Assembly (NCBI GenBank): GCA_038523235.1
Contig: JBCBJQ010000009.1
Location: forward strand, 35,950-99,949
Reading direction: 5' to 3'
DNA length: 64,000 nt
DNA from: Cyanobacteria bacterium J06626_4
GTDB taxonomy: Bacteria > Cyanobacteriota > Cyanobacteriia > Phormidesmidales > Phormidesmidaceae
Shown one piece after another: positions 41,360-51,244 of the stretch. Positions within the stretch are counted from its first letter, which is position 1. Each line of letters begins with the position of its first letter. The notes under the pieces are model-generated. The model was not told the DNA's origin, did no database searches, and saw only the letters and a program-made list of their open reading frames with translations. Both the position numbers and the translations under genes were made by a program.

Positions 41360-42400
41360 TCATAGGTCGTTACAGTACTGCTCAAGAATGTCAATACAGT
41401 GGGCGATCGCGCCCAGATGGGCAATCTCGTAGCCGTGAGTATTGTCGGTCGGAAAGCTCAGGCAAGCCGCCTTGGGCACATGACCAAAGGTCATCGCGAT
41501 CGAGCCATCACTCCCAAAGCTGCTGAGAATGGCCTGCTGCACAGGCACCTGGCGCGTCTGGGCCGCTTGCCACAGCTGCTGATTCAAATCTTCGTCATAG
41601 AGGCCATATTTATCCTGCGACAGCAGCACTGGGGCCGATCCAGCGGCGATCGGATATTCATCCGACAGGGGACAAATTTCGAGGGCGATCAGCGCTTCCA
41701 GCTTTTGGCGATGGCTAAAATACAGCGCCCCCACTGCGCCGACTTCCTCCTTGGCAGAAAACACCAGGTAAACCGTTTTGGCGGGGGTCTTGAGCCACTC
41801 GGCCAGGGCGAGCAAAATCGCCACCGAGGCTTTGTTATCAAGGGTATAGCTGGCGATGTAATCGCCTAGTCGCAACGGCTGTTTGCGGTGTTTGCCCACG
41901 ACCATGCGCGTTCCCGGTCGGATACCCGCTTCGACTAAAACCTCGCGGGTGACCTTAGTTTCGACCCAGGCCGACTCCCAGGTCACGGGCTGATTGGTCT
42001 GCTGCGGTTTTTGCTGTGACTCATGGGAAACATGGCGCGACCCAAAGGACAAAATGCCAGAAATTTGCTCGTGATCGCCCAAAAAATCCACCACTCCTTC
42101 GCCATAGACCCAGGGAAAGGCACCGCCCAACCGCCGCACCAAAATGCGGCCCTGATCAGTCACTTCCTTGACGATGCCGCCAATTTCATCCTTATGAGCA
42201 GTAATGGCGATCGCCCCTTGGCCGGTACCGGGCAAACAAGCCACCACGTTATCCGCGTCATCCAGCCAATGCTCAATGCCCAAATGAGACAAGCGATCCA
42301 AAAGGTAGGCATTGATTTCCTGCTCCGCTCCACTGGGGGAGTGGCACATCACCAGTTCGGCAATAGTGTTGTAGAGGGCATCGTACGCGGCACTAGGCAT
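41360..42400 (-). CDS. M42 family metallopeptidase
   Basis: HSPSGAE, AHKDEIG, LDNKAS, KEEVG, NTHGYE. Confidence 0.88.
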   Translation of the reverse strand: MPSAAYDALYNTIAELVMCHSPSGAEQEINAYLLDRLSHLGIEHWLDDADNVVACLPGTGQGAIAITAHKDEIGGIVKEVTDQGRILVRRLGGAFPWVYGEGVVDFLGDHEQISGILSFGSRHVSHESQQKPQQTNQPVTWESAWVETKVTREVLVEAGIRPGTRMVVGKHRKQPLRLGDYIASYTLDNKASVAILLALAEWLKTPAKTVYLVFSAKEEVGAVGALYFSHRQKLEALIALEICPLSDEYPIAAGSAPVLLSQDKYGLYDEDLNQQLWQAAQTRQVPVQQAILSSFGSDGSIAMTFGHVPKAACLSFPTDNTHGYEIAHLGAIAHCIDILEQYCNDL

Positions 42401-42512
42401 AACTGGGCTTTCACCAACGAGACGTATTTACAGCATGACAGAAGCGCTCAGTTGCAGCGGCGGCCTGACGGCACCATCAGCGGTAAGCATATGAACACTG
42501 CCGCACAGTCGA

Positions 42513-44834
42513 CTAGGCGCGGCGTGGGGCAGACGATCGCAGCGACACCAATTGTTCCATCAGGGGCAGCAGACTGGGGCAGGGTGGGTTGGCGGTGAGA
42601 TTGTCAGGATTGCTCCAGCTAAAGGGAGAAGCCTCAGCAGCGGCCATCCACAGCAGTCGTTTAGCGCGGGTCATCGCCACGTACAGCAGGCGAAACTCCT
42701 CCGCTGTTTTTAGATTTTTGGCCTGCTGCCAGGCCGTGAACAAATCGGGGATTGGGGCAGCGTGGGTCTCAGCCCGAATTTGAGCCCGGGCCACTTCGGG
42801 CAGGCTAAAATCGCCCAAAAATGTTTGCTGGGGCAGTACCCATAGGTTGCCGGGGATGGTGCGGCCATGCAAAAACGGTAAAAACACCACATCCCAATCA
42901 AGCCCTTTAGCCTTGTGCATCGTGAGTAAGGTGAGCTGTCCGCGGCGGGTGTAGCGATCGTCGCGGTCTTCGGTATCTACTGCCTCAAAGCGTTCCGAAC
43001 CGACAATTTCTTGTAGCACTTCGATCATGGCCTGCAGGGTATTGTTTTCGCGCGTTTGCTGCGCTAAGCGAGCCGCCAGCTTATCCGCCGTCGCCAGCTC
43101 ACTCTGGCTATAGCCCAGCGTCAGTCCCACAAAGGGGATCAGATGATAGGGCGGCAGCTCAAAGCGCGATCGCAAGAGCCCAGTACAAAGGCGTCGCACC
43201 TGTTCAGCGGTTTCGCCCGCTATCGGCACATCCAGCGGCCCCGGATACAAAAACTGCTCAGGCTGTTTGGCTAATACATTTAAGTCTTGCGAGGGCACGC
43301 GCTGGCGATCGACCAGCACCCGCAGGAGTGCCTTCATCCGATCAGGGGAATGGGGGCGCTCGATGAACTGTAGTAGCGTCAGCATTTCCGAGGGCACGTG
43401 GGTTTGCCGCTCCTGCGCTGCCACGTCATACAGTCGTAGGCCGGTGCTCAACAAGTCGACACCCAGCGTCTCGGGATCATTCAACAGCTGACTGATGAAG
43501 CGGGCCTGACGGTTTTCTCGCACCAGAATGGTGAAACTCAGGGTGGGATCGGCAGTGAACAGGGCCAGCGATCGCGCGGCGATTTGCCTCACGGTTTCCG
43601 TCACGGTTTCTGGACGATAAAACTCCACGCCACCGCCCAGTGGCGTGGGATTCGCATCCGGTTGGGGATCATCCGCCGGCACCGCCTGAATCAGCTGCTC
43701 GCGAAAGGGGCGCACTGTGCCCGCGAGGCCCGATTGGTTGACCCACTGCAACGTCGCATTCGCTGCCGCCATAATCACGGCGCTGCTGCGACCCGCCTGA
43801 GCCATGACAACAAGCCGCTGCTGTTGCTGGGCGCGATCGCAAAACTGGTTAAAAAAGACGGGGTCAGCCGGGGTAAAGGTCGAATTGATCGCCTGGTTGG
43901 GATCGCCTACCCGCACGAGATTCAGCGGTGCCTCAGGCTGCTCAGCGTCAGCGGCCAGGGTTTTTAACAATCGGGTCTGCAGCGGCGATGAATCTTGGGC
44001 CTCATCTTCAAACACCGCAAACACGCGGCGTTGCCAAAACTGCCGCGCTGCCTCGTCGTCGAGCACTCGCAACGCCGCCAAAATCATGTCGTCATAGTCA
44101 ATCAGATGCCGCTGCCGCAGCAGGGTCTGATACTGCTCGTACAGGCCCGCCGCGATGGTCAGCACGTCATAATCTTCAAGGTCATCGGCCAGCGATCGCG
44201 TCACGCTCTGAGCCAACTGCAGCAGCGCCTCTGGCAACAGTCCCGAACTCTTGGCCTCGTGAATCACCGTCGTCGCTAGCTGGGGCAAAATCTCAGTGCG
44301 CAGGGTCGATTGTCGCCGCAGTCGCTCCGTTTCTTCGCCGTCGAACTGTCGCCCTTCTAACAGCCGCTGGTAAAGCTCGGAATTTTCGACAATCCACCGC
44401 TCAACGCAGGTACGCACCAGGCGATTATTTTGGGTCGGGGTGAGTAGCGTGAGCGTATCAAGGCTAAGGCCTGACAAATCCGGATTGCGCGTCGCAATCG
44501 TTAGCGCTAAGCCGTGCAGGGTATACACCACAAAACTATTGAGCGGAAACTGTAGATCGCGCAGGTAGCGCTGCACTTTTGCCTTCAAGTTGGCCGCTGC
44601 TGAGCGCGTAAAGGTAACCAACACGAGCTGACGGTGTGCATTCAACTGATGCCGCACGATCGCGATCGCCGCCCCCGCCGCCATGCCTGTCGATTTGCCC
44701 GCCCCAGGCACCGCCGAGACGGCTAACGGCCCCCTGCTCCAGTCAGCTAAGGTCTGCTGCCCGGCCCGCAAGCTGGCTCGAATCTCGGCCAACGCGGCTA
44801 ATCGCTCCGGCGCGATCGCATCCTGCATTTCCAC
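42513..44834 (-). CDS. UvrD/REP family ATP-dependent helicase
   Basis: AVPGAGKS, TFTRSAA, EDEAQDS, VGDPNQAI, TMHKAKGLDWD, RLLYVAMTRAK. Confidence 0.92.
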   Translation of the reverse strand: MEMQDAIAPERLAALAEIRASLRAGQQTLADWSRGPLAVSAVPGAGKSTGMAAGAAIAIVRHQLNAHRQLVLVTFTRSAAANLKAKVQRYLRDLQFPLNSFVVYTLHGLALTIATRNPDLSGLSLDTLTLLTPTQNNRLVRTCVERWIVENSELYQRLLEGRQFDGEETERLRRQSTLRTEILPQLATTVIHEAKSSGLLPEALLQLAQSVTRSLADDLEDYDVLTIAAGLYEQYQTLLRQRHLIDYDDMILAALRVLDDEAARQFWQRRVFAVFEDEAQDSSPLQTRLLKTLAADAEQPEAPLNLVRVGDPNQAINSTFTPADPVFFNQFCDRAQQQQRLVVMAQAGRSSAVIMAAANATLQWVNQSGLAGTVRPFREQLIQAVPADDPQPDANPTPLGGGVEFYRPETVTETVRQIAARSLALFTADPTLSFTILVRENRQARFISQLLNDPETLGVDLLSTGLRLYDVAAQERQTHVPSEMLTLLQFIERPHSPDRMKALLRVLVDRQRVPSQDLNVLAKQPEQFLYPGPLDVPIAGETAEQVRRLCTGLLRSRFELPPYHLIPFVGLTLGYSQSELATADKLAARLAQQTRENNTLQAMIEVLQEIVGSERFEAVDTEDRDDRYTRRGQLTLLTMHKAKGLDWDVVFLPFLHGRTIPGNLWVLPQQTFLGDFSLPEVARAQIRAETHAAPIPDLFTAWQQAKNLKTAEEFRLLYVAMTRAKRLLWMAAAEASPFSWSNPDNLTANPPCPSLLPLMEQLVSLRSSAPRRA

Positions 44835-44999
44835 TTGTCCTCAACCGATCGCGGCTCCAACCCCAGCCATCATCCATGACGCCGACAACTGGAATGGGTT
44901 CAATTTTAGGGCGATCCGTTCAATCGCGGGCACGGCAGTTCGACGGCAGCGCAGTGAATGCTCAGCGATCGCGAAACAATCGTTGAGCGCATCGGGTGG

Positions 45000-46220
45000 T
45001 TACCAAGCGCGGGCCAGCATGGCGCGCTGCCAAACCGCATAGCCTTGGGCGTTCAAATGCAAACCATCGGTCGTCAAGTCAGGGCGCAAATGTCCCTGCT
45101 CGTCTTGAAATCGGGGATGTACGTTGCGAAATTCGACCCGATCTTGCTGGGAGATCGTGGCCAGGCGAGCATTGAGCGATCGCACCCGATCATTCGAGAT
45201 TTCAGCCCGGCGCGTCGGCAGCACGGAATACACGACGATCTGCGCCTGGGGATGCTGCTGGCGGAGTTGGCGCACGGTTTGCCGCAGGTTATAGGCAATT
45301 TGCGCCTCTGGGACACCGTTTTTGAGATCATTCGCGCCCGCCATCAAATGAATCGTTGTCGCCCGCGTATTGGCAAAGGTTGAAATCCGCTGCAGGATGC
45401 CCGCCGTCGTATCACCTGAGATGCTTTGATTAAGCCAAAGGCGATCGCGCGGCAGCATGTCCGGCGGCAGCCACAGCCCGAAGGAATCCCCCACCACCAC
45501 CTCTAAGCGATTACTGCCCTGGCCGCCGGCGATCGCCCGCGCTTCTTGAGCTAACAAGCGCTGCCAGTCTTGGTAGGTGGGCTGGCGAGTCGCCTGATTC
45601 CACTGGTCAGCATAGGCGTCGGGTGACAACCGCATATAAGAACGCCCTGACCGTAAAGCCAACAGTCGCTGCACATACAGCTGCGACCCCGAACCTGGAC
45701 GGCGCCCCTCCACCCGGGCCGGTCGGGGCGAGACGGCGGCAACCTCCACCGGCAAACTGAACTGAGGCAGCTGCGCCGTTGGTAAAGGTACCGCTCGGGG
45801 CACCTCAGGAATATCGAGGGCCACAGGTGTCGTCACCGCTGGCGCTGGCGCGACCGAAACCGCTGGCTGTGTTGTCGCCGAGGGCGGCGTGGGCGGCGAC
45901 ACCCGCTCAGGCGCAACCGTCGCTGGGGAGGAGGGCATGGCGCGGGGCGCCGTCCAGCTTTGTTGTGCCTGAGATGGCACCGCACAAACCGCCAAACGCT
46001 CGGCATTGGCTCCGGCACACAGTTCACCAAATCGAGGTGCCGTTGGCGACTCAGCCGGCGCAATCGCCCCTGTCGCCGTGGTTGCCGTCGCGGTCTCGTC
46101 AATTTCTGGCTGGGCCGCGATCGCCGCCATCGAACCGGATTCTGGCGTGACGGGAGGTTCACAGTCTCCCGTCAAAGATTGGATTAAAAGTAGGCAAACT
46201 TCAGCACTCATTATGGCCAC
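45000..46220 (-). CDS. SGNH/GDSL hydrolase with Pro/Ala-rich N-terminus
   Basis: VVGDS, NQSISGDTT, MAGANDL, DGLHLN. Confidence 0.88.
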   Translation of the reverse strand: MAIMSAEVCLLLIQSLTGDCEPPVTPESGSMAAIAAQPEIDETATATTATGAIAPAESPTAPRFGELCAGANAERLAVCAVPSQAQQSWTAPRAMPSSPATVAPERVSPPTPPSATTQPAVSVAPAPAVTTPVALDIPEVPRAVPLPTAQLPQFSLPVEVAAVSPRPARVEGRRPGSGSQLYVQRLLALRSGRSYMRLSPDAYADQWNQATRQPTYQDWQRLLAQEARAIAGGQGSNRLEVVVGDSFGLWLPPDMLPRDRLWLNQSISGDTTAGILQRISTFANTRATTIHLMAGANDLKNGVPEAQIAYNLRQTVRQLRQQHPQAQIVVYSVLPTRRAEISNDRVRSLNARLATISQQDRVEFRNVHPRFQDEQGHLRPDLTTDGLHLNAQGYAVWQRAMLARAW

Positions 46221-46826
46221 CGTGCAGCATGTTTCCTTTGACGCGGTGGCGGCGGTGCCTTCAGGAAAATTTGCCTAGCAAATCGTTAATTCGATGACCG
46301 CAGTTATCCCCATGAGAACAACGGTGCCGAGTCGGCGTGGGATGCTGGTTGGTCCCTGGCTCATCAAAATAGTTGGCCCTGAGGTCTGGATACACCGTTT
46401 TCCACAAGAGGAGTCGGAACACACGAGTTGGGATGGCATGGGCGACGGCAATATGGCACAGTTTTGACCGCAGTTAAACTGGCGTCGCGTTGCCTGTGCC
46501 AGCGGTTCACCGAGTCGAGTAGCTACGCGCAACAAGTAGAAAGTCCTAATTATCGTCGGGTGTCTGATCGGCTAGCGTGACGCCCCAAGCCCACTTTGAC
46601 GGTGCGTTGGGCTGTCGCCACAACACCCTCTACAGCAATGTTTATTGATGACTACCGACTTACCAGACTTCAAAGAGGGGATGATGAATTGATGCCAGCT
46701 CCGAGCCGCGATCGCCATCATTCATCGGCCAAAGTTCACGAAAATTCATGCGATTCGAACGATTGCCAAAGTTCCGGTCAGACTGGTGATCATTCCCAGC
46801 TAATCACGCCCTACAGCGGGCAAATC

Positions 46827-46870
46827 GTAGAGGGAGATACAACACTCACTACGCTGTCTTTGTATACAGT
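46827..46870 (+). promoter_or_regulatory. Possible NtcA-dependent promoter
   Basis: GTA-N8-TAC at 46827-46840 and TACAGT 24 nt downstream (canonical spacing 22-23 nt). Confidence 0.45.
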
Positions 46871-46897
46871 CTTCAAAGGGCCCTTGAAGCGATATCT

Positions 46898-47971
46898 ATG
46901 TTAGTTACCCAACAGCCGGTTTTTCGTCAGTTTTGGTATCCCGTCGTGCTTTGCGAGTCGTTGCAAGCCGGGCCTCAGTCTTTTGAACTATTGGGAGAGT
47001 CTCTGGTGTTATGGCTCGACGGTGCAGGCAAGCCTGCGGCTGCCCGCGATCGCTGCTGCCACCGCACCGCTAAGCTTTCCCTGGGCAGCGTCGATCAGGG
47101 GCATATTCGCTGCCCGTATCACGGTTGGCAATTTGATGCCACAGGGGCCTGTGTGCACGTGCCACAGCTAGATGCCGACAAGACGATTCCAGCCAACTAT
47201 CGGGTGCCAGCCTACCACTGCACCGAGCGCTATGGCTACGTGTGGGTCTGTCTCGCAGAACCGCTTGCCGACATTCCCCCCATTGATGAAACGGCAAGTG
47301 CAGACTATCGGCTCATTCACGAGTTTTATGAGCCCTGGCAAACCGCCGGGCTGCGGGTGATGGAAAACGAGCTGGATTTAGCCCATCCCACGTTTGTACA
47401 TACAGAAACCTTTGGCAGCGAAGAGCATCCGGTGCCCGATGCGCTAGAGATTGAGGACACCGACTATGGCATTCGGGTGCGGGGGCTGCTCGGCGTAGTC
47501 AATCCGGAGCAGCAGCAAAAAAATCTCAAAATGAACGCCGGGGGCACGGTTCGCACCCTAGAGATGGACTGGTTTATGCCCTTTACCATCAAGTTGAAAA
47601 TCATTTATCCCAACGGGTTGGAGCACATTGTCGTCAACACCATGACGCCCATCAGCGATCGCACCTCGCAGATGGTGCAGTTTTGCGTGCGCAACGACAC
47701 GGAAGCTGAGACCCCAGCCCAAGACGTGATTGCCTTCGATCGCGCCGTCACCCTCGAAGACAAACAGATCCTTGAATCCACTGATTACGATGTGCCCCTG
47801 AGCCCCAGCCAAGAAGAACACATGTTGACCGATCGCCCAGGCGTGATGATTCGCAAAAAGGTGGCGGCGCTTTTAAAGCAGCATGGTGAAGTCGAACAAA
47901 CTCGGCAGCCCCCAGCGACGAAGAATCCTGAGCTGATCAATCACTCAGTTTCTGCTGGCAGCCGCCGTTGA
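46898..47971 (+). CDS. Rieske non-heme iron oxygenase alpha subunit (VanA/HpxD-like)
   Basis: CCHR...CPYHGW Rieske motif; EN..D.AH..FVH iron motif; LEDK. Confidence 0.9.
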   Translation: MLVTQQPVFRQFWYPVVLCESLQAGPQSFELLGESLVLWLDGAGKPAAARDRCCHRTAKLSLGSVDQGHIRCPYHGWQFDATGACVHVPQLDADKTIPANYRVPAYHCTERYGYVWVCLAEPLADIPPIDETASADYRLIHEFYEPWQTAGLRVMENELDLAHPTFVHTETFGSEEHPVPDALEIEDTDYGIRVRGLLGVVNPEQQQKNLKMNAGGTVRTLEMDWFMPFTIKLKIIYPNGLEHIVVNTMTPISDRTSQMVQFCVRNDTEAETPAQDVIAFDRAVTLEDKQILESTDYDVPLSPSQEEHMLTDRPGVMIRKKVAALLKQHGEVEQTRQPPATKNPELINHSVSAGSRR

Positions 47972-48096
47972 TGCCTGATTGCGCGGGCTGGGCGCACCAC
48001 GACTGTCTAGCTGGTGGACAGATTCGGTGAATGTAAGGAGAGTGAGTCATGAGGTTCGCTCTCGCTGTTGGTAGTGCCAGCCTCGCTCAACACTTG

Positions 48097-48295
48097 CTAC
48101 CGCTTATACACATCTCTAGAACTCAGCGAAAAGGCCGATTCCCCGCTGTCGCTGCCCCTACGCCCTCCGGGCAGGCTGCGCCGCAAAAAAAGGGGGTTCT
48201 GGCCAAATTCAAAATTCAAACCTGGATCTCCCACTTTTTAAGGGGGATCTAGCTCCATCCATGGGCCAAAGAATGACTTTGTGTATAAGCCGTAG
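48097..48295. mobile_element. MITE-like element with 16-bp TIRs
   Basis: ctaccgcttatacaca ... tgtgtataagccgtag (15/16 complementary), 199 bp, no credible ORF. Confidence 0.7.
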
Positions 48296-48574
48296 GGAAG
48301 CTTAAACCAAGGCGATGCCCCAAGCCAGGGACACCTGTTTTATGTTGAGAGTAGCGCTAATTGCTCAGGAGCTTGCCAGTTTGGCCTCAACGTCCCGTCG
48401 GGCTGTTATCAGTGACGTACTAAATCAGTCTCGATTAACGGATTTAGCCCCTAACGAAGTTGGCGGAGCGGGCGCAGCCATACTCGACCTTAAAGTTGCT
48501 GTGCCAAAGCGAGCCCTGGACAAACCGAGGCGGCGATCGCGCTACCGTCACCATACTTTTTCTTCCCCTGCGTC

Positions 48575-49567
48575 ATGCCTCTAATTACCGTTCGGCCCGA
48601 AGGTCTCTATTGCGAAGCGGGGAAATTTTACATTGATCCGTGGCGTCCTGTAGAGACGGCGCTGATTACCCATGCCCATGCCGACCATGCCCGGTCGGGC
48701 TCTGAGCATTACGTGGCCATGGCCAGTGCTGCTGGGGTGTTGCGCAAGCGTCTGGGTGAGGCGATCGCGCTGCAGGGTGTGCAGTATGGCGAAAAGTTGA
48801 AATACGGCGACACGTGGGTCTCGTTTCATCCCGCCGGGCACGTGCTGGGTTCGGCGCAGATCCGGGTAGAGCATCAGGATGAGGTATGGGTGGTGTCAGG
48901 CGACTATAAACGCTGTGCCGACCCGACCTGCGAACCGTTTGAAGTCGTGCCCTGTGACGCCTTTATTACCGAAGCCACATTTGGCCTACCGATTTACAAA
49001 TGGGACACGGGTGCAGAAACCGCTCGCCGGATTTACGACTGGTGGCAAACCGACCGAGATCGTCCCTCCATTCTCTTTTGCTATGCCTTTGGCAAGGCGC
49101 AGCGGGTGCTGAGCGAACTAACCAAATTTACCGATCAGACGGTATACGTGCATGGGGCGATCGCCAATCTAAACGACATCTACCGTGAGCAAGGCGTTCA
49201 GATGTTGCCCACGGTCAACACTGCCGACATGCCCAAAAGCCATAAATACACTGGCGATCTGGTACTGGCCCCGCCGTCGGGCCATCGCTCAAGCTGGATG
49301 AAGCGGTTTAAGTCGCCGCAAACAGCCTTTGCATCTGGGTGGATGGCGGTGCGCGGGGCGCGGCGGCGGCGGGGTTACGAACAGGGGTTTGTGCTGTCAG
49401 ACCATGCGGATTGGTCGGGCCTGATCAATACGGTAAAAGCCACAGGGGCGAGCCAGGTTTACGTGACCCACGGCCAAAATGACGTGCTCTCTCGCTACCT
49501 GCAAGAAGTTTGTCAAATTGATGCCCAACCTTTGGAAACCCTGTTTGAAGGGGAAGCCGATATTTAG
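48575..49567 (+). CDS. Ligase-associated DNA damage response exonuclease (MBL/beta-CASP)
   Basis: IDPWRPV..ALITHAHADHAR, PAGHVLGSAQ, SGDYK, TEATFGLP, ASGWM, LSDHADW. Confidence 0.9.
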   Translation: MPLITVRPEGLYCEAGKFYIDPWRPVETALITHAHADHARSGSEHYVAMASAAGVLRKRLGEAIALQGVQYGEKLKYGDTWVSFHPAGHVLGSAQIRVEHQDEVWVVSGDYKRCADPTCEPFEVVPCDAFITEATFGLPIYKWDTGAETARRIYDWWQTDRDRPSILFCYAFGKAQRVLSELTKFTDQTVYVHGAIANLNDIYREQGVQMLPTVNTADMPKSHKYTGDLVLAPPSGHRSSWMKRFKSPQTAFASGWMAVRGARRRRGYEQGFVLSDHADWSGLINTVKATGASQVYVTHGQNDVLSRYLQEVCQIDAQPLETLFEGEADI

Positions 49568-49928
49568 CCTTAAGTAGCGACTGACTCTGTCGTTGGCTCG
49601 CTCTCAAACCGTGCCCCCCTTGCTTAGACTGCTTTGAGTTCGCTCACGACGTGCGAAGGCGCGGCCAAGCCTAATTGGGGCATCAACTAGAGTCTGCCTT
49701 GGCTTAGCTCCTCAAAACCCAGATTGGGCTCTCAGTTTTTTGACTAACTGTTTGTGAAGAGTTGCCAGTCAACTAGCGGACACAAATTCGAGCTGAAGTA
49801 GGTCTACCTAGAGGTAGGTCTACCGATTAAAAACCCAGGGCCAGTTTAAGGCAGCAACGTTTATTGGACTCAGCCATCCTTGATCATTCTGAGGCCAAAA
49901 CTTTGACGAGATTCTATAAGGAAAACCT

Positions 49929-51146
49929 ATGGCGACTCAAGTTTGTTGCATAGCACCCAACATTTTCGGCTTTACCGGAGGAATCCAGATTTATACACGC
50001 AATTTGCTAGAGCAGCTCCAGATCATTTTGCCCCATGCTCAATACACGGCCTTACTCAAGTACGATCGCGCCATAGATGTAGCCCACTCCCAAGCCCCGC
50101 TTCCGGGCATTCGCTTCTGTTGTTTTGGGCATTGGCCACGTCAAATTCAAACCGTGATGATGACGCTGACCCTACTGTGGCTAGCATTTCGACATCCTCA
50201 AATGCTGTTTATTGCCACCCATGCCAACTACGCCAAAGCATTATTCATCGCCAAACGGTTGTTCAAAATTCGGTATTGGGTTGTCGCTCATGGGTTAGAG
50301 GTGTGGAATGTTGAGTCAGGACAGCTCCAAACCGCTTTACAGCAGGCGGACGGCATTGCGGCGGTGAGTCAATATACGCGGCAGCGGCTGATGCAAGAGC
50401 AGGCGATTCCCGCTCACCGTATCCGCATCTTAGTCAACACTTTTGACGCGAGTCGCTTTCACATAGCGCCAAAACCCACATATTTGTTAAAGCGGCATGG
50501 GCTCACCCATGACCAAAAGGTGATTTTGACCGTTTGCCGATTGGGGGGAGAGTCGCCTCTATATAAAGGGTATGAACACATCATTCGCCTGTTACCCCAG
50601 CTCAAAGCGCATTGGCCCGATATTCAATACGTCCTGGTCGGTAAGGGAAAAGGTCTACAACGTCTCCAAAAGTTAGTCGTTGACTTAGACCTGCAAGATA
50701 ATGTCATTTTGCCGGGATTTGTTTCAGATCAGGACTTACCCGCTTACTACAATCTTTGTGATGTATTTGCCATGCCCAGCACAGGAGAGGGCTTTGGCAT
50801 TGTTTATTTAGAAGCCCTGAGCAGCGGCAAGGCCGTTCTGGCGGGCAATCAAGATGGCGCGATTGATCCGCTGTTAAATGGCCAGTTGGGGTGCCTGGTG
50901 AATCCCCATGACCGTGAGGCGATCGCGAAGGAATTGCGCAACATCTTGCAAGGTACTTATCTAAATGACCGAATTTACCAACCTGAATACCTGCGAGAAC
51001 AAGCGATCGCCCATTTCTCGATTGAGCAATTTCGCACCCAACTGACGCACATACTGCATCAAGCAGGGATTGTGACTCACGAAGTCCCTTCTCCCCCAGC
51101 CACAGTTATGGCAAACCCAACTCGCATTTCTGCATCAGTGGGATAA
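49929..51146 (+). CDS. Glycosyltransferase family 4
   Basis: GGIQ.Y, AHGLEVW, YKG, EGFGIVYLEA. Confidence 0.9.
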   Translation: MATQVCCIAPNIFGFTGGIQIYTRNLLEQLQIILPHAQYTALLKYDRAIDVAHSQAPLPGIRFCCFGHWPRQIQTVMMTLTLLWLAFRHPQMLFIATHANYAKALFIAKRLFKIRYWVVAHGLEVWNVESGQLQTALQQADGIAAVSQYTRQRLMQEQAIPAHRIRILVNTFDASRFHIAPKPTYLLKRHGLTHDQKVILTVCRLGGESPLYKGYEHIIRLLPQLKAHWPDIQYVLVGKGKGLQRLQKLVVDLDLQDNVILPGFVSDQDLPAYYNLCDVFAMPSTGEGFGIVYLEALSSGKAVLAGNQDGAIDPLLNGQLGCLVNPHDREAIAKELRNILQGTYLNDRIYQPEYLREQAIAHFSIEQFRTQLTHILHQAGIVTHEVPSPPATVMANPTRISASVG

Positions 51147-51244
51147 TCCACGCTGCGATCGCTCCCCTCACCCCTTGATATTGGTCCCGAGAGACCAAAC
51201 AGTAGGCAGTTTAGGACTCCAGCCTTTGACTCATTAGCGCAAAA

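Noticed and set aside
46596..46904. 102-aa ORF upstream of the Rieske gene
   Set aside because: TTG start, no motifs, and overlaps the likely promoter
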